Source of the DNA: an uncultured Alphaproteobacteria bacterium
GTDB taxonomy: Bacteria > Pseudomonadota > Alphaproteobacteria > RF32 > CAG-239
Assembly: GCA_944392265.1 (NCBI GenBank)
Contig: CALXWC010000006.1
Location: forward strand, 133 to 64,132
Reading direction: 5' to 3'
Length of the DNA stretch: 64,000 nucleotides
The notes below the pieces were generated by a model. It was not told the DNA's origin. It saw nothing but the letters and a program-made list of their open reading frames with translations, and did no database searches. The position numbers and the translations under genes were made by a program. Positions 17,230 to 27,141 of the stretch are shown here, in pieces (the stretch's first letter is position 1; each line of letters opens with the position of its first letter).

Positions 17230-17961
17230 ATGAATCATACAATAACACAATTGCCACTGGAATTACCGCATAGACCGGCTTTAGGTAAGGAAGATTTTTT
17301 AATCTCTCCTTGCAACAAAGAAGCCGTTATGGCAATTGACCTCTGGCCGCAATGGGAATTTTTTGCGCTTTGCATTTATGGTAGTGAAGGCTGCGGCAAA
17401 ACACATTTAGCAAACGTGTTTTCAAACCGTGTCAGCTTATTGACCCATTACCCGTACAAAATTCCTAACATCAAAGCAAGTCAGGTGAAGGTTGACAATA
17501 TATATGATTTATTTCAAGAAAACTCCTGCCTCATTGTTGAGGATTTAGATACCAACGTCAATGAAGAAGCCCTCTTTCATTTGTATAATCTATACAGAAA
17601 TGAAGGCGGCAACATCTTGTTTACATCTCAGCAAGCACCTGCCAGATTAAACTTCAAATTAAAAGATTTGCAATCTCGCTTAAATATCATTCCGTCAATT
17701 GAAATCAAAGACCCTGACGATGAGTTACTTTCAAGCTTGCTTATAAAGCTGTTTATGGATAGACAGATTAATATCTCTCCTGAAATTATTTCTTACCTAT
17801 TGAAGAATATGCAACGCTCTTTTTCATATGCAAGAAAGATTGTCGCTGAGATTGATATGATTTCTCTTGCACAAAAAAGAGCCATAACCACTCAACTGGT
17901 GAAAGAGGCTATGAACTCTTTAGATAATGATCCTCAAGGTGAATTATTTAAGTTTGATTAA
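17230..17961 (+). CDS. hdaA: DnaA-related regulatory protein HdaA-like
   Basis: 243 aa. N-terminal QLPLELPHRPALGKEDFLISPCN, Walker A-like GSEGCGKTHLANVF, and size and architecture like alphaproteobacterial HdaA. Confidence 0.6.
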   Translation: MNHTITQLPLELPHRPALGKEDFLISPCNKEAVMAIDLWPQWEFFALCIYGSEGCGKTHLANVFSNRVSLLTHYPYKIPNIKASQVKVDNIYDLFQENSCLIVEDLDTNVNEEALFHLYNLYRNEGGNILFTSQQAPARLNFKLKDLQSRLNIIPSIEIKDPDDELLSSLLIKLFMDRQINISPEIISYLLKNMQRSFSYARKIVAEIDMISLAQKRAITTQLVKEAMNSLDNDPQGELFKFD

Positions 17962-18875
17962 GCGTTAAAATTCAAACCCCAATCTTTATATCTGGCCGGG
18001 TCGTCAATCCAGTTTTCTCTGACTTTAACAAATAAGAACAAATGGACACGATCTTCTAAAAGCTCTTCAATTTCTTTGCGTGCGGCTTGACCAATTTTTT
18101 TAATCATACTACCGCCCTTACCCAAAACAATCACTTTTTGGCTATCGCGCTCCACATAAATTGTAATCTCGGCTCTGACACTTCCGTCTTCTCTTCTTTC
18201 CCATAATTCAGGCTCAACGGTCAAGGCATAAGGTAATTCTTGTCTTAAGTATAAGAATAATTTTTCACGCACAATTTCAGCTGCCAATAATTTTAACGGC
18301 ATATCTGAAATTTGCTCTTCATCATAATACCAAGGGCTTTCAGGTAAGTTATCTGCCAAATATTTATAAAAATCTTCGATTTGTTCACCGGTCAAGGCCG
18401 AAACCATAAAGGTTTCTTTAAAGTTTCCGGCTTGGTTTAATTCAGCAGACAAGGCAAGCAACTTTTCTTTAGCAATTAAATCAATTTTGTTAAGCAACAA
18501 AACCGCACTGATTTTATTCTTATTGAGTTTTTGCACAATTGCTTTGGTTTCATCATCAAAACCACGTTTGGCATCAACTACCAAAACAACAATATCAGCG
18601 TCGCCGACACCGCTCCAAGAAGAAGCAACCATAGCTCTGTCTAATCTTCTTTTCGGTTTAAAAATCCCCGGCGTATCAATAAAAATAATCTGTGTATTTT
18701 CAAAAATACCAATACCTTTCACTTGAGTTCTGGTTGTTTGAACTTTTGGTGAAACAATAGAAACTTTTGAACCGACAAAGTTATTGGTAACGGTTGATTT
18801 TCCGGCATTAGGAGCACCGATTAAAGCCACAAATCCGCAACGAGTTTGAGAATTTTGAGAATTTATGTCGTTCAT
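17958..18875 (-). CDS. era: GTPase Era
   Basis: G1 GAPNAGKST, G3 DTPG, G4 NKID and a C-terminal KH domain (VIVLGKGGSMIKKIG). Located downstream of rnc. Confidence 0.95.
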   Translation of the reverse strand: MNDINSQNSQTRCGFVALIGAPNAGKSTVTNNFVGSKVSIVSPKVQTTRTQVKGIGIFENTQIIFIDTPGIFKPKRRLDRAMVASSWSGVGDADIVVLVVDAKRGFDDETKAIVQKLNKNKISAVLLLNKIDLIAKEKLLALSAELNQAGNFKETFMVSALTGEQIEDFYKYLADNLPESPWYYDEEQISDMPLKLLAAEIVREKLFLYLRQELPYALTVEPELWERREDGSVRAEITIYVERDSQKVIVLGKGGSMIKKIGQAARKEIEELLEDRVHLFLFVKVRENWIDDPARYKDWGLNFNA

Positions 18876-19540
18876 TTTTTCTCCAATTTCTTCAACATTT
18901 TTGCAGCGGCTTCTTGTTCAGCAAGTTTTTTATTTCTACCCTCGCCTATTTCGGGAGCAACTTTTTCCAAATTAACGGAGATATAAAAGATAGGCTCGTG
19001 TTCACTTCCTTCTCTTTTTTCCAGTTTATAAACCGGCATTCCCAAACCTTTGGCATGAGAAACTTCTTGCAACTTTGTTTTGGCATCTTTAGGCGGTTCC
19101 ATATTTTTATCAATCAAATCGCGCCAATGATGTTGAACAAAGCTCATAGCTTGCATGCAACCGGCATCTAAATAAATTGCACCGATAACAGCTTCGCAAA
19201 CATCACACAACACATTTTCATTATGACGAATATCTTCATCGCTCACAATCATATATTCATCCAAGTGCAAAATTCTTGCTACCATGGCAACCGTTTCTTT
19301 GCATACCAAAGCCGTATGTCTTTGCGACAAACTTCCCTCTGGTTCATGCGGAAAAATATTGATGAGTAAAGAAGCAATGGTCAAGCCCAATACTCTATCA
19401 CCCAAAAACTCTAATCTTTCGTAGTTTTTATCAACATCGGAAGAAAAACTGCTGTGCGTTAAAGCTTGTTTGAGCAAGGCTTTATTTTTATATACATAGC
19501 CTAAGTTTTTCTCAAGGATATCAATTGTTTTTTGTTCCAT
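18872..19540 (-). CDS. rnc: ribonuclease III
   Basis: Signature ERLEFLGDRVLG and a C-terminal dsRBD. Stop/start overlap with era. Confidence 0.95.
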   Translation of the reverse strand: MEQKTIDILEKNLGYVYKNKALLKQALTHSSFSSDVDKNYERLEFLGDRVLGLTIASLLINIFPHEPEGSLSQRHTALVCKETVAMVARILHLDEYMIVSDEDIRHNENVLCDVCEAVIGAIYLDAGCMQAMSFVQHHWRDLIDKNMEPPKDAKTKLQEVSHAKGLGMPVYKLEKREGSEHEPIFYISVNLEKVAPEIGEGRNKKLAEQEAAAKMLKKLEKK

Positions 19541-19555
19541 TTTGCGCTCCTTGAA

Positions 19556-20284
19556 CTAACTTATCTTATCAAACAATCTGTCCCAACGAATTTTTTTGGG
19601 CCATGTCCAAGGCAAATACCAAGCACCCTCATCATTATGAGAATAAAATAAAAAGCGTGCTTTTCCGATTAAATTTTCAGCAGGAACAAAACCAACACTG
19701 ACACGACTATCATCAGATTGATCTCTGTTATCTCCCATCATAAAATAGTTATCTTTAGGGATGGTTACTTCAGGCATATCATCAACCATTTCGAAGTCTG
19801 AAACTTCTATAATATTGTGCTTTTTACCTTCAGGCAAAGTCTCAATATATTGGTTAAATCTTTTAGCATTTCCATTTTCGTCTCTTAAAACAAAATCTTC
19901 AATTTTTTCACGTTCAAGCATTTTTCCGTTAATATACAAACGTCCTTTTTCCATCTTGATTTTATCACCCGGAAGTCCGATAACACGCTTGATAAAGTCT
20001 GTTGAATTATCTTGAGGAAACTTAAATACAACTACATCTCCTCTTTGTGGTCTATCATCCCAGATTCTACCATCAAACAATGGTAAGCTGAATGGGAAAG
20101 AGTGCTTGGAATATCCATATGTATATTTTGAAACAAAAAGATAATCCCCAACATACAAGGTCGGATACATTGAACCTGACGGAATACGAAATGGTTCAAA
20201 TAAAAATGTTCTGATAACCAATGCAATAAAAATAGCAATAACAACTGTTTTTATTGTTTCTAAAATGCCTTCATCTTTTTCCAT
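19556..20284 (-). CDS. lepB: signal peptidase I
   Basis: SGSMYPTL (catalytic Ser), KRVIGLPGDKI (catalytic Lys box) and GDNRDQSDDSR. AGAGG RBS before the ATG at 20284 (the track TTG at 20305 is less likely). Confidence 0.9.
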   Translation of the reverse strand: MEKDEGILETIKTVVIAIFIALVIRTFLFEPFRIPSGSMYPTLYVGDYLFVSKYTYGYSKHSFPFSLPLFDGRIWDDRPQRGDVVVFKFPQDNSTDFIKRVIGLPGDKIKMEKGRLYINGKMLEREKIEDFVLRDENGNAKRFNQYIETLPEGKKHNIIEVSDFEMVDDMPEVTIPKDNYFMMGDNRDQSDDSRVSVGFVPAENLIGKARFLFYSHNDEGAWYLPWTWPKKIRWDRLFDKIS

Positions 20285-20429
20285 ATTTACCTCTATTAAA
20301 AACAAGAAAAGACACCTCTTTAGAAATTATTTTATCTCAAAAAAATATCTAACGAGGCATCACTTCTCACATACTACTCATAATTTCCGAGATAGCAACA
20401 AAAATTTATCCAATTAACAAAGTTTTAGA

Positions 20430-21080
20430 TTATTTTTTTCTAATTTGACCAATCAGGTTTTCAAAAGGAATAAGTCCCAAACCGCCACGACTGTCTTCAG
20501 ATTGATCGCGGTTATCTCCCATAAAGAAATAATATCCCTCGGGAACTTGAAATTCTTCGATATTATCAAGAAATTTATCATCAGAAATTTCAATAATCGA
20601 ATGTGTTACGCCATTAGGTAAAGTTTCTTTATAATGAGAAAAATTAAAAGTCTTATTGCGTCTGTCTGTATATGAATATTCTCCCACATATGTTCTGGGT
20701 ACAATTTTACCATTAATATACAATCGCCCATTTTCAAGCTTAATTTTATCATTCGGTAAACCGATTAAACGCTTCACAAACGCCCATCTTGCTTTGGGAT
20801 GATTTGAACGAAAGACAATAATATCTCCTCTTTTGGGTTGCTTTGGGAAAAGTCTTATTCCTTCTAAAAAAGATATGTTGAACGGAAGGGTAAATCGTGA
20901 ATATCCATAGTCAAATTTGGTCACAAAATCCCATTCTTCGGAAGACATTGTCGGCAACATCGAAACCGAAAAAATTTTATATTTTTCAAAAACAAAAACT
21001 TTTAAGATAAAAGATATAAAGACACCTAAGAAAACCACTCTGAAAATTTGCCACAATCGAAATTTCCAGCTTTTCTTCAT
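20430..21080 (-). CDS. signal peptidase I paralog
   Basis: SVSMLPTM, KRLIGLPNDKI and GDNRDQSEDSR: the Ser/Lys boxes are retained. It is shorter at the C-terminus than the neighbouring copy. Its start overlaps the acpS stop. Confidence 0.8.
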   Translation of the reverse strand: MKKSWKFRLWQIFRVVFLGVFISFILKVFVFEKYKIFSVSMLPTMSSEEWDFVTKFDYGYSRFTLPFNISFLEGIRLFPKQPKRGDIIVFRSNHPKARWAFVKRLIGLPNDKIKLENGRLYINGKIVPRTYVGEYSYTDRRNKTFNFSHYKETLPNGVTHSIIEISDDKFLDNIEEFQVPEGYYFFMGDNRDQSEDSRGGLGLIPFENLIGQIRKK

Positions 21081-21484
21081 TAGATTCTCTCAATCACCAC
21101 ATAAGCCTGAGCCCATGGATAATCATCAGACATAGAAACATTAATATTAATGTTTCCGCTCTCACACAAACTTTGTGCTACCATCAAAGCACCACCTGAC
21201 AATTTTATGGTTGGTTTGCCTGATTGCAAATGTTTAATCTCAATATTGCGCCAAAAAACACCTTTTCTAAAACCTGTTCCCAATGCTTTGGAGCAAGCTT
21301 CTTTGGCAGAAAATCTTTTTGCTACCATAGAAGCATATTCCCTTTTAGAAACATTTTTTCTTCTGTTCATTTCGGCAATTTCATCTTTAGTAAAGATTTT
21401 ATGCATAAAATGCGTACTATATTTTTCAAGTGTATCTTCAATTCGAGAAATATTTGCTATATCACAACCAATACCGACAATCAT
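21080..21484 (-). CDS. acpS: holo-[acyl-carrier-protein] synthase
   Basis: 134 aa with MIVGIGCDIANISRIE and AKEACSKALGTG motifs. Confidence 0.9.
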   Translation of the reverse strand: MIVGIGCDIANISRIEDTLEKYSTHFMHKIFTKDEIAEMNRRKNVSKREYASMVAKRFSAKEACSKALGTGFRKGVFWRNIEIKHLQSGKPTIKLSGGALMVAQSLCESGNININVSMSDDYPWAQAYVVIERI

Positions 21485-21501
21485 AACATCCTCTTTCTAA
21501 T

Positions 21502-23646
21502 TTATTGATTTGCTCTGGAAACATAAGATACCACTTTAGACGCGCGCAATGCCGTAATAATATCTGTTAAATGCTTCAAATTTTTAACTTCAACATCCAC
21601 CAAAAGTTCAAAATAACTAATTGTTCTGTTTACAATATTTAAGTTAGAAATATTTCCTTCATAACGGGCAACCATATTTGAAAATTCGCCCAAAGCACCT
21701 GGTTCGTTGGCAAGCATAACTTTTAAGCGTCCGGTGTAAACACCGTCTTGAGTTGCTTCTTCACCCCAAGAAACGTCCAACCAACGTTCCGGCTCATTTG
21801 AATATTTTTCCAACTGTTTACAATCTATTGTATGAATAGCCACACCCTTACCCGTAGTCACAATACCTACAATTCTATCCCCCGGAAGAGGATGGCAACA
21901 ACCTGAAAAATGTACAGCCATTCCTGGAATAAGGCCGTTAATTTTCATATTTTCTTTTTTGCTTTTACTTAAGGTCTTTTTAAATACAGGTTTAAGTGAA
22001 TTAACCACTTTTTCCAATTTTGATTGTTTATATGCCGGATAAATGGCTTTCAAAACATCCCAACCGCTGACTAAACCTTCTCCGACTTTTGCATAAATAT
22101 CATCAATTGATTCTGCTTCAAAATTGGGCAATACATTAACTAAAGATTTTTCTGAAAACTCTAAATTTTCACCCTTGAACAAACGTTCCAACGTCTGTCT
22201 ACCCATAGTAATAAATTGTTCTCTCTTATGAGCTCTCACATAACGGCGAATTGCCGCTTTTGCTTTTCCGGTAACAACAAATCTATCCCACTCAGGGGAT
22301 GGGTGTTGTGCTTTTGAGGTCAAGATATCAACTTGATCACCATTTTGCAAAACAGTGCGAAGCGGCTTGATTTCTCCATTAATTTTGGCGCCGACACAGG
22401 TATTACCTACAGAGGAGTGAACGGCATAAGCAAAATCCACCGGAGTTGAGTTAATAGGCAAGCCGATTAAATCGCCTTTTGGTGTGAAACAGAAAACCTG
22501 ATCATTATACATCTCAAGCTTTGTATTTTCCAAAAACTCTTCAGGGTTAGAAGCTTGTTCCAAAATTTCCAACAATTCTCTAAGCCATTTGAAGTTTCTG
22601 CCGACAACTCTTTCACCTTGTTTATAAGCCCAGTGAGCAGCCACACCTTTTTCTGCCACTTCATGCATTTCATAAGTGCGGATTTGAATTTCAATTCTGG
22701 TATTTTCAGGGCCGATAACACCGGTATGAATAGACTTATATCCATTGGGTTTTGGGGTAGAAATATAATCCTTAAAGCGGCGCGGAACCATATGATATTT
22801 ACTATGGACAATACCCAAAGCCTGATAACAGGTAGCCACATCATCAACGCAAATTCTAAAGGCCATGATATCGCACAATTGCTCAAAAGAAGCATTTTTT
22901 TGTTGCATCTTACGCCAAATGGAATATGGGGTCTTTTCTCTTCCGGTAATGGTAGCCTTAATACCGTTTTCTTCCATATCTTTTTGCAATTGAGATATGA
23001 TTTTCGGAACCAAGCTATTGCCTTGTTCTCTTAAAAAATTCAAACGAGCGACAATAGAATCATGAGCTTCTTTATGCAATTCGGCAAAAGCAATTTCTTC
23101 CAACTCGCTTTTAACCTCTTGCATACCGATACGTTCTGCTAAAGGAGCATAAATATCCAAAGTTTCTTTAGCAATTCTGGCTCTTTTTTCAGGAGCACAA
23201 AAATGCAAAGTACGCATATTGTGCAAACGGTCAGCTAATTTAATTAATAAAACGCGAATATCTTCAGACATCGCGAGCAATAATTTTCTAAAATTTTCTG
23301 CTTGTTTTTTGTTAGCGGATTTTTGTTCAATCATGGCCAATTTGGTCACGCCGTCAACAATCTGAGCCACTTGATCACCAAACAAGCTCTTAATTTCTTC
23401 AATAGTTGTATCTGTATCTTCAACCGTGTCATGTAAAAGACCGGCAACAATAGATGCGCAATCAAGCTTAAACTTGGTAAGAATACCGGCAACTTCCACC
23501 GGATGAGAGTAATACGGGTCGCCGGAGGCACGCAATTGCGCACCATGTTTTTTCATGGCGAATACATAGGCTCGGTTCAATGCATCTTCATCGACATCCG
23601 GGTCATAAGATTTTACTAAATCAACTAATTCATACTGTCTTAACAT
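21502..23646 (-). CDS. spoT: bifunctional (p)ppGpp synthetase/hydrolase (Rsh/SpoT)
   Basis: HD hydrolase motif LLHDTVEDT, synthetase motif RFKDYISTPKPNGYKSIHT, and TGS and ACT-like C-terminal domains. I prefer the ATG at 23646 (MLRQYELVDLV) over the track TTG at 23676. Confidence 0.93.
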   Translation of the reverse strand: MLRQYELVDLVKSYDPDVDEDALNRAYVFAMKKHGAQLRASGDPYYSHPVEVAGILTKFKLDCASIVAGLLHDTVEDTDTTIEEIKSLFGDQVAQIVDGVTKLAMIEQKSANKKQAENFRKLLLAMSEDIRVLLIKLADRLHNMRTLHFCAPEKRARIAKETLDIYAPLAERIGMQEVKSELEEIAFAELHKEAHDSIVARLNFLREQGNSLVPKIISQLQKDMEENGIKATITGREKTPYSIWRKMQQKNASFEQLCDIMAFRICVDDVATCYQALGIVHSKYHMVPRRFKDYISTPKPNGYKSIHTGVIGPENTRIEIQIRTYEMHEVAEKGVAAHWAYKQGERVVGRNFKWLRELLEILEQASNPEEFLENTKLEMYNDQVFCFTPKGDLIGLPINSTPVDFAYAVHSSVGNTCVGAKINGEIKPLRTVLQNGDQVDILTSKAQHPSPEWDRFVVTGKAKAAIRRYVRAHKREQFITMGRQTLERLFKGENLEFSEKSLVNVLPNFEAESIDDIYAKVGEGLVSGWDVLKAIYPAYKQSKLEKVVNSLKPVFKKTLSKSKKENMKINGLIPGMAVHFSGCCHPLPGDRIVGIVTTGKGVAIHTIDCKQLEKYSNEPERWLDVSWGEEATQDGVYTGRLKVMLANEPGALGEFSNMVARYEGNISNLNIVNRTISYFELLVDVEVKNLKHLTDIITALRASKVVSYVSRANQ

Positions 23647-23783
23647 TGAACCTCTAAAACCTCTATAAAATAACAACGATAACTTCTGTTAGCATATAAA
23701 ACTTTTGCTGATACTACAACAAAAAAAAATAAAAATTATGTTAAAAATACATAAAATAAGCTTATATGGAGCATCAAACAGAC

Positions 23784-23813
23784 ATAAAAAAAGAGAGGCA
23801 ATGCCTCTCTTTA
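23784..23813 (-). terminator. rho-independent terminator between rpoZ and spoT
   Basis: The reverse strand reads AAGAGAGGCattGCCTCTCTT followed by a 7-T run, about 25 nt after the rpoZ stop. Confidence 0.7.
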
Positions 23814-23835
23814 TCAAAATTGATATGATAAATGA

Positions 23836-24318
23836 TTATTCTTCATCATAATCATCAAAATCGCCGCCCATATCCGGACCGTCACCATAACCCGGCTCAT
23901 CATCAAAATCCAAGTCGGCATCAGCGTCACCTTCAGCATCAAAATCAATATCTGCATCGTCTTCGCCATGAACTTGCATAGCTTCACCGATATCTGCATC
24001 AGAAAGCAAGCCGGAGAATTGTTCATCCAAATCAGACAATTCTTTTTCAGCGGCAACAATTTCCATCTCTTCTTCTTCAGGCTCTTCAACTTCAACATAT
24101 TTTTGCAAGCCCATAACCAAAGACTTTTGCAATTCTTCAATGCTGACGGTTTCATCAGCAATTTCTCTCAATGCAACAACCGTGTTTTTATCATTATCTC
24201 TGGGAAGAGTTAAAGGAGCACCGGAAGCAATATCCTTAGCTCTTTGAGCTGCCACCATCAACAATTCATAACGATTTGGAATTTTATCAATACAATCTTC
24301 TACTGTTACGCGAGCCAT
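23836..24318 (-). CDS. rpoZ: RNA polymerase omega subunit with long acidic C-terminal extension
   Basis: The N-terminal [30 protein letters not shown] is canonical omega. The C-terminal half of this 160-aa protein is strongly D/E-rich. Confidence 0.9.
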   Translation of the reverse strand: MARVTVEDCIDKIPNRYELLMVAAQRAKDIASGAPLTLPRDNDKNTVVALREIADETVSIEELQKSLVMGLQKYVEVEEPEEEEMEIVAAEKELSDLDEQFSGLLSDADIGEAMQVHGEDDADIDFDAEGDADADLDFDDEPGYGDGPDMGGDFDDYDEE

Positions 24319-24448
24319 AATATTTCACCTTAAATTAAAAGCTAAATAAACAAAATTACACTACTTATACATAAGCTTATTTTGAAATGCAATAAAATTT
24401 TGCAAAAAAAATACAAAAAACATATTTAAGTCTATGATTTTATTTATA

Positions 24449-25705
24449 TTAATAATGCATAGCAATCGGATTACCCACTAACATGAAATCCATTTTTTTG
24501 AATTTTTCTTTCAAAATTTTGCGATTCTTTTTCACCTCGATTACATCGCTCATCGGCGCCTTATACATTTCAAGAATTCCTTGCATTGTTGAAAGCTGAA
24601 ACATTTGCGCATCAAAATTATAGCGTCTGACTTCAGGCAAATAATATCCCCTTGAAAAAGCTTTCAATTCGAGCAAAGTTTTGCGATTAACTTGCCCTAC
24701 TCGATAAGCTTTAATAGTTTTATCACAAGTATAGGCCCAAGATTTTAAATCAAACCCTTTGGGTGCCACAATTTTTAAAAACTCAGTCTCTTTTTTTGGG
24801 CCCAAAATTTTTAATTTCTGCACCAAACGTTGACACGGATTAACCATATCTTTAATTTGGTTGTTGTTAGGAATACCTGTTTTTTCATCAATTTCATATT
24901 GATCAAGCAACGCTCCTGCATTAAATATGGCAGATAAATTATCTGTATTTTTGGCATAATCCAATACACCGTCCAACGTATCTGCAAAAGCCTTTACATC
25001 TGTTGCGGTCAACAAACTTGTCTGCGTCGGATCCATGGTTCTAAAATCGCTACGCGTAACCTTTTTTTCCTCAGGCTTTGCATCTGGCGCATATTTTTCA
25101 ACCGGAACAAGTTTTTTTACTTTTTCATAAAATTTATCATTATAAACCACCTTCGGATAGCTTGGATAAAAATTCGGTATTTCAATATTTGGATTATTTT
25201 GTGGCCAAGCTTCAGGCATCAAAATAAAATATAAAGAAGGAGAAACGAACTCAATGTTCGGAATATCTTTTAGCTGAGGAGCGATTCTATCCGGAAACTT
25301 ATTTTTGGTTTCTTTAATACCCGGAAGATTTAATATTTTCTCCGGAATACCTGGAACTGTATGCATATATGGTCCCACATACGGATAAATTTCTTTCGGA
25401 ATACTCTCAATCATCTGTTGAAGAACTTTCTCCTCCGGAAAAGCTAATCTTTTTTGCCTTGTTCCGTTATCAGATATTCTTTTCTTAAACTCCGGATCAA
25501 AAACTTTTTCAATATTCCATGAATAATCATATTTATAATCATAAAAATCATTCACGGCATATTTTTTGCTCAGTTCCTCATAAGAAGGTAACTCTTCATC
25601 CAAATTTATTTTAAAATATTTGGCATAATCTTGAGGTGTCAACGCCAAGGCTGAAGGCACACTCAAGAAAAATCCCAAAGTAAGAATTAAAGACTTTTTA
25701 CTCAT
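24449..25705 (-). CDS. hypothetical secreted protein
   Basis: 418 aa with signal peptide MSKKSLILTLGFFLSVPSALA. The ATG overlaps the stop of the upstream gene (TAATG). No family recognised. Confidence 0.6.
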   Translation of the reverse strand: MSKKSLILTLGFFLSVPSALALTPQDYAKYFKINLDEELPSYEELSKKYAVNDFYDYKYDYSWNIEKVFDPEFKKRISDNGTRQKRLAFPEEKVLQQMIESIPKEIYPYVGPYMHTVPGIPEKILNLPGIKETKNKFPDRIAPQLKDIPNIEFVSPSLYFILMPEAWPQNNPNIEIPNFYPSYPKVVYNDKFYEKVKKLVPVEKYAPDAKPEEKKVTRSDFRTMDPTQTSLLTATDVKAFADTLDGVLDYAKNTDNLSAIFNAGALLDQYEIDEKTGIPNNNQIKDMVNPCQRLVQKLKILGPKKETEFLKIVAPKGFDLKSWAYTCDKTIKAYRVGQVNRKTLLELKAFSRGYYLPEVRRYNFDAQMFQLSTMQGILEMYKAPMSDVIEVKKNRKILKEKFKKMDFMLVGNPIAMHY

Positions 25706-27141
25706 TAGTTTCTATTAATCCGAACACGAAATGTTAAAGTTTTTTCAGCATTTTTCGGAACATCAATTTTCCAAACAAGCTGAGAAGCATTTTTCTTTTC
25801 AGAGGCAATATTTTCTTGCAAAACCTCCCAAACATCATAGATATTTTGTTTGAAAATCAATTGTTTATTTTCATCAGTTGAATTTCTGAACTTAACTTCC
25901 ACACCATATTCATAAATGTCTTTTGCCAACATCTTAACCTGTGTGATTTTGCCTTGTGCAAAAATATCAAATGCGCGACCGACAGACAAATCAAATTTTT
26001 CACCAACGGCAATAGATTTCAAACTATTTTCGCCAATGAAAAGATTATTTTGCTGTTTGCTTTTATCATAAAAGCGCAATATTCCGGACGGAAGCGGCAC
26101 ACCAAGATTATTTTTCTTCAAATTTTCAAATTTGAACGTAATTTCAGGGTTTAATTTTTCAAAGTTTCCCTGACGAACACCGTAACGCAAATATAAAGGA
26201 GAATTAAAGACATATTCTTTTTCATATTTAACATTATCTAAATTCAAAAGCTTAATTTGTTTGGATTGATTATTTTTAAGAGTCGTTTTCTCAGGCAATG
26301 AATATGTATAATAATCAGCAAAGCGATTGGCCGGAACGGAAGCACTGACACCGGCGGCACTATCCATTGCCATTTCCATCTTTGCACTTCTTGCCAACAT
26401 CGGACGAACCACATTTACATAAGCGGGAGCACTCTGGTTAACATCTCCGGCAATGACCTGAATTTTTGCATTGGAAAAATCTACACCCGTATCATTATTT
26501 AAAGAGATCCATGTATTCAAATTTAAGGTATCTTCATTAATGATTTCTGCCACATAATCGGCTTTCCAGCTCAAACCATTAGTCAAATAAGTTAAAGATA
26601 CATCTTTTTCACCGGCTTTTTTATTGGTTAATTTAGCCTCTAAAGATGGTTTAACCTGCAAGTTTTCAGGAATTTGCTCAAAAATCAAACGCCCCGGAAA
26701 TTTTGTTTCCACACCGTAATCAAATTGTAAAATCGGCATTCCGTTAATATAATTAAGCAAAATTGCTTTATCATAAACCACCTCTCCTGTTTTAGGATTC
26801 TCAACGGCAGTTTTAACTTCTTTACCGATATAAGCCTCATTAAGATTCTGATTATCAAGCAAATCATATTTATAATTTTGTTCTATAATAGATACATCTT
26901 TAGCTTGAAACAATGCACTTTCAGGACGCATTTGACGAGAAACACCTTCAAACATCAGTTGATTTTCACCTTCGGGCAAAGATACCTTTCTCACATCATT
27001 TACCAAAGCCAAATTATTAGAATAAATATTCAAAGTTGTATTTTGTTCTTGTTTCACGGCAATCTCTTTTGCTTGCAAAGAAGGAACTGAAAGCAAGGAA
27101 ACACCGCACAAAGCAATCAAGCTCAGATTGATTTTATTCAT
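25705..27141 (-). CDS. secreted DUF4139-like protein
   Basis: GGAGG RBS before the ATG at 27141. Signal peptide MNKINLSLIALCGVSLLSVPSLQA. The N-terminal pattern (IYSNNLALVNDVRKVSLPEGENQLMFEGV) resembles DUF4140/DUF4139 proteins from memory. Confidence 0.5.
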   Translation of the reverse strand: MNKINLSLIALCGVSLLSVPSLQAKEIAVKQEQNTTLNIYSNNLALVNDVRKVSLPEGENQLMFEGVSRQMRPESALFQAKDVSIIEQNYKYDLLDNQNLNEAYIGKEVKTAVENPKTGEVVYDKAILLNYINGMPILQFDYGVETKFPGRLIFEQIPENLQVKPSLEAKLTNKKAGEKDVSLTYLTNGLSWKADYVAEIINEDTLNLNTWISLNNDTGVDFSNAKIQVIAGDVNQSAPAYVNVVRPMLARSAKMEMAMDSAAGVSASVPANRFADYYTYSLPEKTTLKNNQSKQIKLLNLDNVKYEKEYVFNSPLYLRYGVRQGNFEKLNPEITFKFENLKKNNLGVPLPSGILRFYDKSKQQNNLFIGENSLKSIAVGEKFDLSVGRAFDIFAQGKITQVKMLAKDIYEYGVEVKFRNSTDENKQLIFKQNIYDVWEVLQENIASEKKNASQLVWKIDVPKNAEKTLTFRVRINRN

